Of a stretch of DNA of 64,000 bases, positions 30,990-43,542 are shown piece by piece. Below the pieces are notes generated by a model. The model was given only the letters and a program-made list of their open reading frames with translations, was not told the DNA's origin and did not search any database. How positions within the stretch are numbered: position 1 is the stretch's first letter; the number at the start of each line of letters is the position of its first letter. This DNA is from Eledone cirrhosa (taxonomy: Eukaryota): positions 200,322,001-200,386,000 of the forward strand of contig OZ024743.1 in the NCBI GenBank assembly GCA_964016885.1. The letters run 5' to 3'. Both the position numbers and the translations under genes were made by a program.

Positions 30990-31525
30990 ATTGTTAATAT
31001 TTTTGGCACAAGGTCAGCAATTACTCCAGTGCGTTATCGGTACATTTTTTTATCGACCCCGTCAGGATGAAAGGCAAAGTTAACCTCGGTGGTATTTGAA
31101 CTCAGAACGCAAAGGGCCATAACTCTACGATGAAAAGCATGGTGTCTGCGCTCTACCGATACTGCCAATACACTGCCCTTTCTTTCTTTCATTGGCAGTA
31201 TCGGTAGAGGGTTGGACGCCATGCTTTCTAGCATAGTTACGGCCCTTGCCATTCTGAGTACAAATCCCGCCGAGGTTAACTTTGCCTTTCATCCTTACGG
31301 GGTCGATAAAATAAAGTACCAGTAATGTACTGGGTAATTGCTGGCCTTGTGCCTAAAGTAGAAACAATTATTTGAAAAATATATTGGCCTAGGGCTGTGG
31401 TTTGGTAGTATCGGTAGAGGTTCGAACGCCATGTTTTGCAACATAACTTTAACCCGTAACTTTATCCCGCCGCGGTAATACACTGGAATAATTGCTGGCC
31501 TGGTGCCAAAAGTATAAACAATTAT
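30990..31525. mobile_element. SINE family 1 cluster (one minus, two plus copies)
   Basis: Core and A/B-box motifs at 30990-31170 (minus), 31190-31370 (plus), 31400-31525 (plus, internally deleted). Confidence 0.8.
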
Positions 31526-32257
31526 TTTAAAAAATATATAAATAAATAAAGAAAGAAAGGAACGAAGGAAGAAAGGAAGAATGAGAAATCAGAGAAGAAT
31601 AAAGGAAAACCAATGATATGCACAAAGGAATGAAGTGAAAATAAATTTGGAAGAAAAAAAAACAAAAAGAATAAAGAATAGGCCAAAGAAAGAATGAGAA
31701 GAAAAGAGAAGAAATTTACAGAAAGAAAGGCATAAAGACAAAGAGATCTCTCCGGTCTCAGCAACGTAGACTATATATATACATATATTTAGCCGTCGAA
31801 ACGGCTTGAGCTCAGCCGTCGGGGTTTTACTTGTTCCTATATATATATATATATATATATTGTTATACTTTGGGAGGGTCATGTTGCCAATAAGAAACAC
31901 ACGCACCAGTTGCTTTCACTTCAATTTATTATATATTTATAAATTTATAAATTTACAAATCTACAAATTTATAAATTTCTGGTTGGTTGGTTGGTTCCAC
32001 AACCAGATAGTTGTTTATATATAGTCATAGTCCTTTCGTCACACACTCTGTAACCTCTTCAGTGACTGGGGATTCCTTTCTTTGTTTCTGTGCCTTTCCT
32101 TTCTTCTGTCCTACGCCATTTTGTTTCTGTGTGTGTGTTGTGTGCTCAGTTTGCGCATGCGCCACATCCGGGTGTCTGTGTGTGTTTGTGTTCATTTATC
32201 TATTTGTTTATTTATTTACATGTTATTGGTTGGTTGTTTGTTCTATGTGTGTGTGTG

Positions 32258-33034
32258 ATGAGAAATGTGTCCCGCATGTGCAACCCCGAAGAACTAGAGA
32301 GACACATACAACACTTCATCCACCGTATGCATATCAGAGTGTATAGAGGAGCCAGAACCAAATGGGAAAAAATGGTAAATAATGACATAAATGGGACCTG
32401 CCCCTTGTATAGGAGCAAATTTTGGAATAGAATAGAAAGAACTAGGAACAAGGCCAATAGAATAAACTCATGGTATGATAGCAATAAATACCAGAGTGTA
32501 ATGTTCATCGATACAACCCCTAGAGGCGAACTAGCCTACAAATTTAGAAGGGCCCTAAATAAACATAAACTCAATATTAAGATAGTAGAAAGACCAGGTA
32601 CCTCCGTAAAAACACTTATTAGCAAGACATACCCGTTCCAAAGACCCTCATGTATAGATAAGAAATGTATAACCTGTAAAATAAGCCCCCATATTAAGTG
32701 TAAAACTAGAAATGTAGTGTATAGCATAAGATGTACTGAAGGACAATGTAGAAACAAATATATAGTGTACATAGGTGAGACAGCTCGTAGTATAGGGGAA
32801 CGGATAAATGAACACTGGCGAGACCTTCAAGATAATAAAGAATCATCTGTACTCTACCAACATGCTAAGATAGAACACAAGGGTAAATTAGAGAACATAG
32901 AAATAAAAATAGAATCTACACACAGAAAAGATGCAATGTTTAGACAAATTACAGAGGCAATAAACATAAAAGAATTACAACCAAAATTAAATAGAAAATA
33001 TGAGTGGAACAGCAACATCACAACTTACAATTAA
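32258..33034 (+). CDS. C-terminal part (RT thumb/linker plus GIY-YIG endonuclease) of a Penelope-like element ORF, Naiad/Chlamys-like; 5'-truncated
   Basis: Open 258-aa frame with FIDTTPRGEL, VERPG, CxxxxCxxC, NVVYSIRC...YIGETARSIGERINEH, H..EH, RQITEA and LNRKYEW. The upstream part of the 32090 ORF is only the inverted arm. Clade call is by motif recall. Confidence 0.85.
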   Translation: MRNVSRMCNPEELERHIQHFIHRMHIRVYRGARTKWEKMVNNDINGTCPLYRSKFWNRIERTRNKANRINSWYDSNKYQSVMFIDTTPRGELAYKFRRALNKHKLNIKIVERPGTSVKTLISKTYPFQRPSCIDKKCITCKISPHIKCKTRNVVYSIRCTEGQCRNKYIVYIGETARSIGERINEHWRDLQDNKESSVLYQHAKIEHKGKLENIEIKIESTHRKDAMFRQITEAINIKELQPKLNRKYEWNSNITTYN

Positions 33035-33238
33035 GGACAAAATGAAAACACACACACACATAGAACAAACAACCAACCAATAACATGTAAATAAATAAAC
33101 AAATAGATAAATGAACACAAACACACACAGACACCCGGATGTGGCGCATGCGCAAACTGAGCACACAACACACACACAGAAACAAAATGGCGTAGGACAG
33201 AAGAAAGGAAAGGCACAGAAACAAAGAAAGGAATCCCC

Positions 33239-33283
33239 AGTCACTGAAGAGGTTACAGAGTGTGTGACGAAAGGACTATGACT
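33239..33283 (+). ncRNA. Type I hammerhead ribozyme in the PLE 3' arm (mirror copy 32023-32067, minus)
   Basis: AGTCA-CTGAAGA-G-GTTACA(GAGTG)TGTGAC-GAAA-GGAC-TA-TGACT. Confidence 0.8.
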
Positions 33284-33503
33284 ATATATAAACAACTATC
33301 TGGTTGTGGAACCAACCAACCAACCAGAAATTTATAAATTTGTAGATTTGTAAATTTATAAATTTATAAATATATAATAAATTGAAGTGAAAGCAACTGG
33401 TGCGTGTGTTTCTTATTGGCAACATGACCCTCCCAAAGTATAACAATATCGGTTTCAACACACGATTTCAGATAAAGAATCTTGCTAAACAAATTCAGAA
33501 ACG

Positions 33504-33626
<123 letters not shown>

Positions 33627-33735
33627 CTGAGTTTTTCGAATATTAATAATAATATTGGATTCGTTTGCAAACAGCCTCTTTAAAGCCATGTCAGTAGAAT
33701 GACCTCGTTATTGTTTGTTATTATTATATATATAT

Positions 33736-33925
33736 ATAGGAAAAAGTGTTTAACCCCGACGGCAGAGCTCAAGCCGTTTCGACGGCTATTTCTGGACTAT
33801 AGCTGTCGAAATGGCTTGAGCTCTGCCCTCGGGGTTAAACTTTTTCCTATTACCCACTCTACTACCCTAAGTATTGAGTACTCTGGTGCGTTATGGTCCA
33901 TCTGGTTCCTTACCACACCGCCTTC
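33736..33925 (+). mobile_element. Short fold-back element (hairpin 33736-33850 plus tail) in (TA)n
   Basis: Arms ATAGGAAAAAG...GACGGCTA / TAGCTGTC...TTTTTCCTAT. A single-arm relative is at 31789-31840 and an inverted copy of the tail at about 34042-34091. Confidence 0.7.
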
Positions 33926-35044
33926 GTTATTCATTATATATATATATATATATATATAAACAGTGAGTGTGTTCTGTTATTAATTCTGGCAATATTACAC
34001 AAATATGACCCTCCCCAAGTATAACAATATATATATATATATAACGCACCCGCGTAATCAATGCTTAGGGTTGTAGAGTGGGTAATAGGAATTATATGGT
34101 CCCGTAACTCTTGATAGAATCGTAGGGGCGGAACCTATCCCTCACCAGGACTGAGTACAGCAGATTTCTTCCAGAGAAAGATAGAAATTGAGAGAAAGGA
34201 ACAATGAGAAAGAGATATAGAGGAAGAATCAACCCCAGAACTAGACTGGTAGTATATTTTCTTTATCGACCTGGAAAGGAAGAAAGGCAAATTTGACCTC
34301 GGTGGGATTTAAACTCAGGGAGCAGTGAGCCGGAACGAATACCATAAAGCATTCTATCCGACTTTCTAACACACACACATACACACACACATACACACAC
34401 ACATACACACACACATACACACACATATACTTGTATATATTGAAGACACAAATACGACTGTGTTTAATTCTTTTTTATTAAATAAGATTTTCCGTAATTC
34501 CTTATTATTTTATTTTTATATATCGTGACTCACTTTTTCCAGATGAATAGAATGAAGCAACGTGAACTAAAGAGTCAAAACGAAGATCGCATCTGCTAAA
34601 CATCTCTCCTTCTAAAAGAGCCCTTTCATACTCAATGCCGGATTCTGGAAGATGTTGACTAATTGAAAATTCTCCTAGTTCACATTAGTGGCACAAGTCA
34701 AGGTCAAGAAGTCCATATCACCTAGGCCCTCGCTGCATTCGATCATCTACAAAGCCAACTCTGGACTAGATCAAAAATACTTCTGGCTATAAAAGTCCTT
34801 ATCTATCAAGGGCGATTTCACACTATCCTCTATGGGTATGAGATGTGGTCGATAAGAGCATTGATGTACGCAAGCTTGAAGTTTTCGACAGGTTTTCCTT
34901 CCACCGAAATTTCATCATTCGCTGATCGATCTTTGTGCCAAACTCCGGTAAAATTCGTTGTCATTGTCCGATCGATTCCCTCCGAAATCTCCTACTGAAA
35001 AGGTACCTTCGTTGGTTTTATCCCGCAATTCAAAATCCACGAGG

Positions 35045-35140
<96 letters not shown>

Positions 35141-35509
35141 ATATATATGTGTGTGTGTGTGTGTGTGTATATATATGTGTGTGTGGGGGGGGGGGGGCGT
35201 GTATGTGTCGGGTTCAATCAGGGGTAACCACAGTTAGTAAGGTACTCAATACATTAGTAGTTGACTGCCTGACGGAAAGCTTTCCTGATGATTTCTTTTG
35301 AATGAAACAATTCTAGTCCTGTAGAAGGCATTTCTAAAATAAACATTATATATATATAATTGTTTCTACTTTAGGCACAAGGCCAGCAATTACCCAGTGC
35401 ATTACTGGTACTTTATTTTATCGACCCCGTAAGGATGAAAAGCAAAGTCAACCTCGGCGGGATTTGATATAATGTTTAATATATATATATATATATAATT
35501 ATTTATATA

Positions 35510-35588
<79 letters not shown>

Positions 35589-35592
<4 letters not shown>

Positions 35593-36323
35593 AATATGAA
35601 AACATGGCGTGCTGCGTGGTTACAAATGGGTTACATATGAATAAATTTAGTCCTTCATCTGTAATCTTCCAGCCTTCATTGGTATTTCATCGCTTTAAAG
35701 ACCATATACCTCTGGTTGGTGCGAGCAACGGCTAAAGAGAGCCGTTGGGACACGTAAATAGGGGGAACGAGCGAGACAGTAAAAAAACAAAGATGGTAAT
35801 GCAACGAAAAGTGAGGAAGAAAGAGTGAAGTCCCTGAAATCGATGAACATAAGTTCTGTGAAATCGTGGATGAGAGAGAATAAAGACCATCAAACCTGGT
35901 CGAAATGTGAGTAAGGAAAGAATTTCGCAAAGGTCAAACGGGAGGAAGAAGAAGTCAAGTCCCTGAAATCGATGAACATAAGTTCTGTGAAATCGTAGAC
36001 GAGAGAGAATAAAGACCATCCGACCTGGTCCAAGTGTGAGTGAGGAAAGAATCGTGCACAGGACAAACGGGATGATGGTCTTTATTCTCTCTCGTCCACG
36101 ATTTCACAGAACTTATGTTCATCGATTTCAGGGACTTGACTCGTACTTCCTCATTTTTCGTTGCATTACCATTTTTGTTTGTTTACTGTCTCGCTCGTTC
36201 CCCCTATTTACGTGTCCCAACGACTTTCTTTAGCCGTTGGTCGCACCAACCAGAGGTATATGGTCTTTAAAGCGATGAAATACCAATGAAGGCTGGAAGA
36301 TCACTGATGAAGGACTAAATTTA

Positions 36324-36330
<7 letters not shown>
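35589..36330 (-). mobile_element. Fold-back element with 257-bp inverted arms and internal 129-bp tandem subunits, in (TA)n
   Basis: Arms 35635-35891 and 36074-36330. Direct repeat AAGTCCCTGAAATCGATGAAC at 35828 and 35957. Tail 35589-35634. Confidence 0.8.
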
Positions 36331-36365
<35 letters not shown>

Positions 36366-36373
<8 letters not shown>

Positions 36374-36530
36374 TAACAGATTAAAGTTTAAGCAAAGAAT
36401 CGCTGCTTTCACCCTTAATGGGATCTTCTGAAATTTAATAAAATTTGCTCTATGGTTCTTATATATTTGATATATATTCATCCTTATCGAACCCGCTTTA
36501 GATTTTAGTCTTCACATTTATTATTATTAC
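36366..36530. mobile_element. Family 'TTAAAATAACAG' copy: ~68-bp inverted piece plus forward tail
   Basis: Same start (TATTAAAATAACAGATTAAAG) and same tail (CTATGGTTCTTATATATTTG...ATTTATTATTATTAC) as the copies at 24543 and 53033. Confidence 0.8.
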
Positions 36531-36540
36531 TATATATATA

Positions 36541-36730
36541 GGCGGTGAATTGGCAGTATCGGTACAGGGTCGGACATGCTTTCTAGCATAGAGTTACGTC
36601 CCTTTACGGTCTGAGTTCAAATCCCACCGAGGTTAACTTTGCCTTTCATCCTTACGGGGTCGATAAAATAAAGTACCAGTAATGTACTGCATAATTGCTG
36701 GCCTTGTGCCAAAAGTAGAAACAATTATTA
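36541..36730 (+). mobile_element. tRNA-derived SINE family 1 (representative full-length copy)
   Basis: A box TGGCAGTATCGG, B box GAGTTCAAATCC, central GCCTTTCATCCTTACGGGGTCGATAAAATAAAGTACCAG (Nin/Deu-like domain by recall), tail GTAGAAACAATTATTA. Other copies near 1640, 14660, 20070, 34240, 35358, 44590, 50395, 53924, 59330, 61350. Confidence 0.85.
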
Positions 36731-36829
36731 CTATATACATATATATATATATATATATCATGTTTAATATAGAAATGGCTTCTACGGTGATTCATTCAAA
36801 AGGTTTCATCAGGAAAGCTTATATATCTA

Positions 36830-36864
<35 letters not shown>

Positions 36865-36872
<8 letters not shown>

Positions 36873-39800
36873 TTGGAATTAATGCTCTGAAATAGCGATA
36901 TATATATGTGAATATAGACATAGAATATTCGAAAATATTCTGTATGTTTATAATAAACATTTTGAAGACCTAATCGCTATAGAATAGAATACGTCACGTA
37001 TTACAATTAGATTCTCGATAAAAGCAAGGGAAGTAATCTACGCGTTTCATTCTTGTTAGAAATCTTCAGGACTACATATCCAGTGCTTTTATCGAGAATG
37101 ACACAGCTAGAGACTTATAGAATACTTAGCTGTGTACAGGAACTGGTTTGAAAGAGCGGTTGCCGGTCCGGCAGAAATTAGAAATTGGAATTAATGCTCT
37201 GAAATAGCGATATATATATGTGAATATAGACATAGAATATTCGAAAATATTCTGTATGTTTATAATAAACATTTTGAAGACCTAATCGCTATAGAATAGA
37301 ATACGTCACGTATTACAATTAGATTCTCGATAAAAGCAAGGGAAGTAATCTACGCGTTTCATTCTTGTTAGAAATCTTCAGGACTACATATCCAGTGCTT
37401 TTATCGAGAATGACACAGCTAGAGACTTATAGAATACTTAGCTGTGTACAGGAACTGGTTTGAAAGAGCGGTTGCCGGTCCGGCAGAAATTAGAAATTGG
37501 AATTAATGCTCTGAAATAGCGATATATATATGTGAATATAGACATAGAATATTCGAAAATATTCTGTATGTTTATAATAAACATTTTGAAGACCTAATCG
37601 CTATAGAATAGAATACGTCACGTATTACAATTAGATTCTCGATAAAAGCAAGGGAAGTAATCTACGCGTTTCATTCTTGTTAGAAATCTTCAGGACTACA
37701 TATCCAGTGCTTTTATCGAGAATGACACAGCTAGAGACTTATAGAATACTTAGCTGTGTACAGGAACTGGTTTGAAAGAGCGGTTGCCGGTCCGGCAGAA
37801 ATTAGAAATTGGAATTAATGCTCTGAAATAGCGATATATATATGTGAATATAGACATAGAATATTCGAAAATATTCTGTATGTTTATAATAAACATTTTG
37901 AAGACCTAATCGCTATAGAATAGAATACGTCACGTATTACAATTAGATTCTCGATAAAAGCAAGGGAAGTAATCTACGCGTTTCATTCTTGTTAGAAATC
38001 TTCAGGACTACATATCCAGTGCTTTTATCGAGAATGACACAGCTAGAGACTTATAGAATACTTAGCTGTGTACAGGAACTGGTTTGAAAGAGCGGTTGCC
38101 GGTCCGGCAGAAATTAGAAATTGGAATTAATGCTCTGAAATAGCGATATATATATGTGAATATAGACATAGAATATTCGAAAATATTCTGTATGTTTATA
38201 ATAAACATTTTGAAGACCTAATCGCTATAGAATAGAATACGTCACGTATTACAATTAGATTCTCGATAAAAGCAAGGGAAGTAATCTACGCGTTTCATTC
38301 TTGTTAGAAATCTTCAGGACTACATATCCAGTGCTTTTATCGAGAATGACACAGCTAGAGACTTATAGAATACTTAGCTGTGTACAGGAACTGGTTTGAA
38401 AGAGCGGTTGCCGGTCCGGCAGAAATTAGAAATTGGAATTAATGCTCTGAAATAGCGATATATATATGTGAATATAGACATAGAATATTCGAAAATATTC
38501 TGTATGTTTATAATAAACATTTTGAAGACCTAATCGCTATAGAATAGAATACGTCACGTATTACAATTAGATTCTCGATAAAAGCAAGGGAAGTAATCTA
38601 CGCGTTTCATTCTTGTTAGAAATCTTCAGGACTACATATCCAGTGCTTTTATCGAGAATGACACAGCTAGAGACTTATAGAATACTTAGCTGTGTACAGG
38701 AACTGGTTTGAAAGAGCGGTTGCCGGTCCGGCAGAAATTAGAAATTGGAATTAATGCTCTGAAATAGCGATATATATATGTGAATATAGACATAGAATAT
38801 TCGAAAATATTCTAATTTCTGCCGGACCGGCAACCGCTCTTTCAAACCAGTTCCTGTACACAGCTAAGTATTCTATAAGTCTCTAGCTGTGTCATTCTCG
38901 ATAAAAGCACTGGATATGTAGTCCTGATGATTTCTAACAAGAATGAAACGCGTAGATTACTTCACTTGCTTTTATCGAGAATCTAATTGTAATACGTGAC
39001 GTATTCTATTCTATAGCGATTAGGTCTTCAAAATGTTTATTATAAACATACAGAATATTTTCGAATATTCTATGTCTATATTCACATATATATCGCTATT
39101 TCAGAGCATTTATTCCAATTTCTAATTTCTGCCGGACCGGCAACCGCTCTTTCAAACCAGTTCCTGTACACAGCTAAGTATTCTATAAGTCTCTAGCTGT
39201 GTCATTCTCGATAAAAGCACTGGATATGTAGTCCTGATGATTTCTAACAAGAATGAAACGCGTAGATTACTTCCCTTGCTTTTATCGAGAATCTAATTGT
39301 AATACGTGACGTATTCTATTCTATAGCGATTAGGTCTTCAAAATGTTTATTATAAACATACAGAATATTTTCGAATATTCTATGTCTATATTCACATATA
39401 TATCGCTATTTCAGAGCATTTATTCCAATTTCTAATTTCTGCCGGACCGGCAACCGCTCTTTCAAACCAGTTCCTGTACACAGCTAAGTATTCTATAAGT
39501 CTCTAGCTGTGTCATTCTCGATAAAAGCACTGGATATGTAGTCCTGAAGATTTCTAACAAGAATGAAACGCGTAGATTACTTCCCTTGCTTTTATCGAGA
39601 ATCTAATTGTAATACGTGACGTATTCTATTCTATAGCGATTAGGTCTTCAAAATGTTTATTATAAACATACAGAATATTTTCGAATATTCTATGTCTATA
39701 TTCACATATATATATCGCTATTTCAGAGCATTAATTCCAATTTCTAATTTCTGCCGGACCGGCAACCGCTCTTTCAAACCAGTTCCTGTACACAGCTAAG

Positions 39801-40640
39801 TATTCTATAAGTCTCTAGCTGTGTCATTCTCGATAAAAGCACTGGATATGTAGTCCTGAAGATTTCTAACAAGAATGAAACGCGTAGATTACTTCCCTTG
39901 CTTTTATCGAGAATCTAATTGTAATACGTGACGTATTCTATTCTATAGCGATTAGGTCTTCAAAATGTTTATTATAAACATACAGAATATTTTCGAATAT
40001 TCTATGTCTATATTCACATATATATATCGCTATTTCAGAGCATTAATTCCAATTTCTAATTTCTGCCGGACCGGCAACCGCTCTTTCAAACCAGTTCCTG
40101 TACACAGCTAAGTATTCTATAAGTCTCTAGCTGTGTCATTCTCGATAAAAGCACTGGATATGTAGTCCTGAAGATTTCTAACAAGAATGAAACGCGTAGA
40201 TTACTTCCCTTGCTTTTATCGAGAATCTAATTGTAATACGTGACGTATTCTATTCTATAGCGATTAGGTCTTCAAAATGTTTATTATAAACATACAGAAT
40301 ATTTTCGAATATTCTATGTCTATATTCACATATATATATCGCTATTTCAGAGCATTAATTCCAATTTCTAATTTCTGCCGGACCGGCAACCGCTCTTTCA
40401 AACCAGTTCCTGTACACAGCTAAGTATTCTATAAGTCTCTAGCTGTGTCATTCTCGATAAAAGCACTGGATATGTAGTCCTGAAGATTTCTAACAAGAAT
40501 GAAACGCGTAGATTACTTCCCTTGCTTTTATCGAGAATCTAATTGTAATACGTGACGTATTCTATTCTATAGCGATTAGGTCTTCAAAATGTTTATTATA
40601 AACATACAGAATATTTTCGAATATTCTATGTCTATATTCA
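36865..40640. mobile_element. Palindromic tandem array of a 312-bp hammerhead-containing monomer (non-LTR retrozyme-like), inserted in (TA)n
   Basis: Unit starts (ATTAGAAATTGG) at 36865, 37177, 37489, 37801, 38113, 38425, 38737 (period 312). Orientation flips at 38810-38813 (shared TTCT). Reverse-complement units start at 38811, 39121, 39431, 39743, 40055, 40367 and end at 40640. Each unit has one HHR core. (TA)n on both sides. No ORF. Confidence 0.92.
38894..38982 (+). ncRNA. Type I hammerhead ribozyme (representative copy; one per array unit, minus strand in the left arm, plus strand in the right arm)
   Basis: GTAGTC-CTGATGA-T-TTCT(AACA)AGAA-T-GAAA-CGCG-TA-GATTAC. Stem I is GTAGTC/GATTAC, stem III is the palindrome CGCG, predicted cleavage after 38954. 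Distal stem I ATTCTCGATAAAAGCA/TGCTTTTATCGAGAAT is 16 bp perfect. Confidence 0.9.
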
Positions 40641-41143
40641 TATATATATATATATATATCGTATTTCGTGGAACGAATGAGCAATGGCATCTTCCTCGTC
40701 AGTCAATATTACTATTGTATGTTTTGGTGCTCCTAACCGTGAAGAAACAGAAAAAATAAAGAAAGAAAAACATGGGATGAATAACCATCAACAGACTTTA
40801 AACCTGTTGCCTTGGAAATTGATAACTTTTGTCGACAAGCTGTATTTCGGTTCGAGTCAATGAGTGCGTTATTGGCGGGAAGCTGTGGTTGTAGGATCGG
40901 CCGACTGTTAACCTAAGGCTTGGAAACAATCTCTCTTTCTCTCTGTCTCTGTCTGTGTCTCACTCTCTCCCTTTCTCCCCCCTCTTTCTGTCCCCACCTC
41001 CTCTCCTCTCTCTCTTGTGTTCTAAGTAATATTTACCGGAACTACACTCAGTGAACAGTGGAAAGGGAATTACGTACAAGATGCCACGTTTAAAGATAAT
41101 CGCCTGAAGCTAAGATTGGCATTGGATGGAGTGCTTTGTTTCG

Positions 41144-41249
<106 letters not shown>

Positions 41250-41453
41250 CCTCTCTCTCTCTCCTCTCTCTCTATCATCCCCCTCCACACACACATAGTT
41301 TCTTTCTCCTTCTCAATCTACGTAACAAGTCTAAGATTACCCACTATGCTACGATTCATTTTTCTTGACGTAATTCATTGCATTATACGTTTTTTATCAA
41401 ATTAAGTTCATATTATATATATATACACACATACATACATATACATATATATA

Positions 41454-41491
<38 letters not shown>

Positions 41492-41575
41492 ATATATATA
41501 TATATATATACATACACATATATATATATACACATATATATACATATTTATATATATATATTTATAGATGTATAT

Positions 41576-41638
<63 letters not shown>

Positions 41639-41785
41639 TAATTTCTTCGTTTTAATTTGTTTTTACTTAAACAATTTTTCTTTTTCAAATACATTTTTAA
41701 TTATTTCTATATTTTTCTTAATCTTAAAAAGGAGTGTCGCAATGAGAATGACTCTATTAAAAATCCGCTATGGTTCTCTTATATA

Positions 41786-41838
<53 letters not shown>

Positions 41839-42261
41839 GCGCATACACACACACAAGCCCCACACACATACACACACATACACCCCACACAAACACACAT
41901 ATATATATATATGTATATATGTATGTACACATACGCTCATACACACACAATCACACACTCACATACATGGAAATATATTATATTATATTATATTAATAGT
42001 CACAAAAACCTCTTTATATATAAGCATTATGAAACACTATCTGTTTATAAAACACAAATATATGTACTCGAGCTCGCATACGCGCACACACACACACATA
42101 CTCACACACACACACACACACACTCACACACACTCATACACAGACGTATGTATGTGCATGTGTATGTGCATGTGTGTCTGTATGTATTTGTTTTTATAAA
42201 CAGATACAGTTTCATATTGTTTATATATAAAGAGGGTTTTTGTAACAATTAATGCGCGCGC

Positions 42262-42292
<31 letters not shown>

Positions 42293-42361
42293 CCCTCTTT
42301 CTTTCTCTCCCATATTTCTCTCTCTCTTCTCTCTCTCTTTCTCTCTCTTTCTCTCTCACCC

Positions 42362-42441
<80 letters not shown>

Positions 42442-42698
42442 CACCCTCTCTCTGTGCGTGTGTGCAACTGCTTTCGAATAATCTAGAAGAAATAGCTTCA
42501 AGATATAAATATGTAGTGAATACGTTCAGGTATAAAAATTAAAATATGAGGAAATCAGAATTCTAATAGACATCCTATTAAATGAACAAGCAAGGAAGTC
42601 TGTATTTCATATATTTTCACAACATAAGGTCAACTTAACCAGTGAGGTGATGTACACAATAATTCAAATATTTGTTTTCACTCTAACATAAATAATTA

Positions 42699-43542
42699 AT
42701 GCATTCGTGAGTTTCATATCGAATGATATTAATATTCGATTCGTTTGCAAGCAAACAGCCGCATACTGCTATGTGTTTCAGACGACTATCATCATCGTTT
42801 AGTTCTAGCGGTGACAGAGAGAAAGAATCTACAATTGTTTCAGGGTATTTCCCTTCGTCAAGATGATGTATCTCTCCTCTTCTGTCACTCAGTAGAACTC
42901 TTAATAATATATAGTATATAAGGAACGTCAGGTGATAAGTGTTACTGATTAACAATAATAGAACTGTACAAACTACATTAAACACAGCCAAAAGGATATG
43001 GTCCGAACGTGGAAGAGCCGAACTCCCACTGTCATCGCCCCCATCTCTCTAGCCCTCCCCATCTTTCTGTATGGTGAGCAAATGGGGTCCCACGTGCTGG
43101 CCTCCATAAAGCCCCGGTGGACAGAAAGGAGAAGGCGTTTCCCTGGAGGATGGTAAGGGAGGTGCGCTGGAAGAGCCATTCCAACTCACGAGGCTCACAC
43201 CTGCGGCTGCCCAGCTCAGCGCCTGTGGTGGTGAGTAGGGAGGTAGCCCTAGCGCCAAGGACACAGAAGTCTCCACTGCCAAGGGCACGACCGCAAACCT
43301 GTCGGAGCCTCCTCAGCCCGACGTGCAGCAGAAACCGGGTAATTCTCTAACGTATACATTGGCGCTGATTAGTCTCATTTTCATACCGAGCGATTTTACC
43401 CAGAATCAATTGTTTCTCTATGCTACCACTAAAACAAAAGGATGATGATGGTTGTCTAAAACACATAGAGTAATGAGGCTGTTTGCTTGCAAACGAATCG
43501 AATACTATTATTATTATTCAATATAAAACTCACGAATGCAAT
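42699..43542. mobile_element. Old, diverged fold-back element with an HHR remnant
   Basis: About 42699-42840 and 43400-43542 are imperfect inverted repeats (GCATTCGTGAGTTT...CGATTCGTTTGCAAGCAAACAGCC). Minus-strand core ATC-TTGACGA-AGGG(AAATA)CCCT-GAAA-CAATTG-TA-GAT at 42827-42864. Related fragment at 33626-33690. Confidence 0.65.

Noticed and set aside
36250-36316. Permuted hammerhead in the 35589-36330 element
   Set aside because: CTGATGA lies downstream of GAAA and the required stems overlap; likely chance.
36541-36630. tRNA genes at A/B-box motifs
   Set aside because: The boxes continue into a repeated SINE body and tail, and I see no complete cloverleaf.
36865-40640. CRISPR array or plain centromeric satellite
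   Set aside because: No unique spacers and a eukaryotic context. The array is short, inverted, (TA)n-flanked and has an HHR in each unit.
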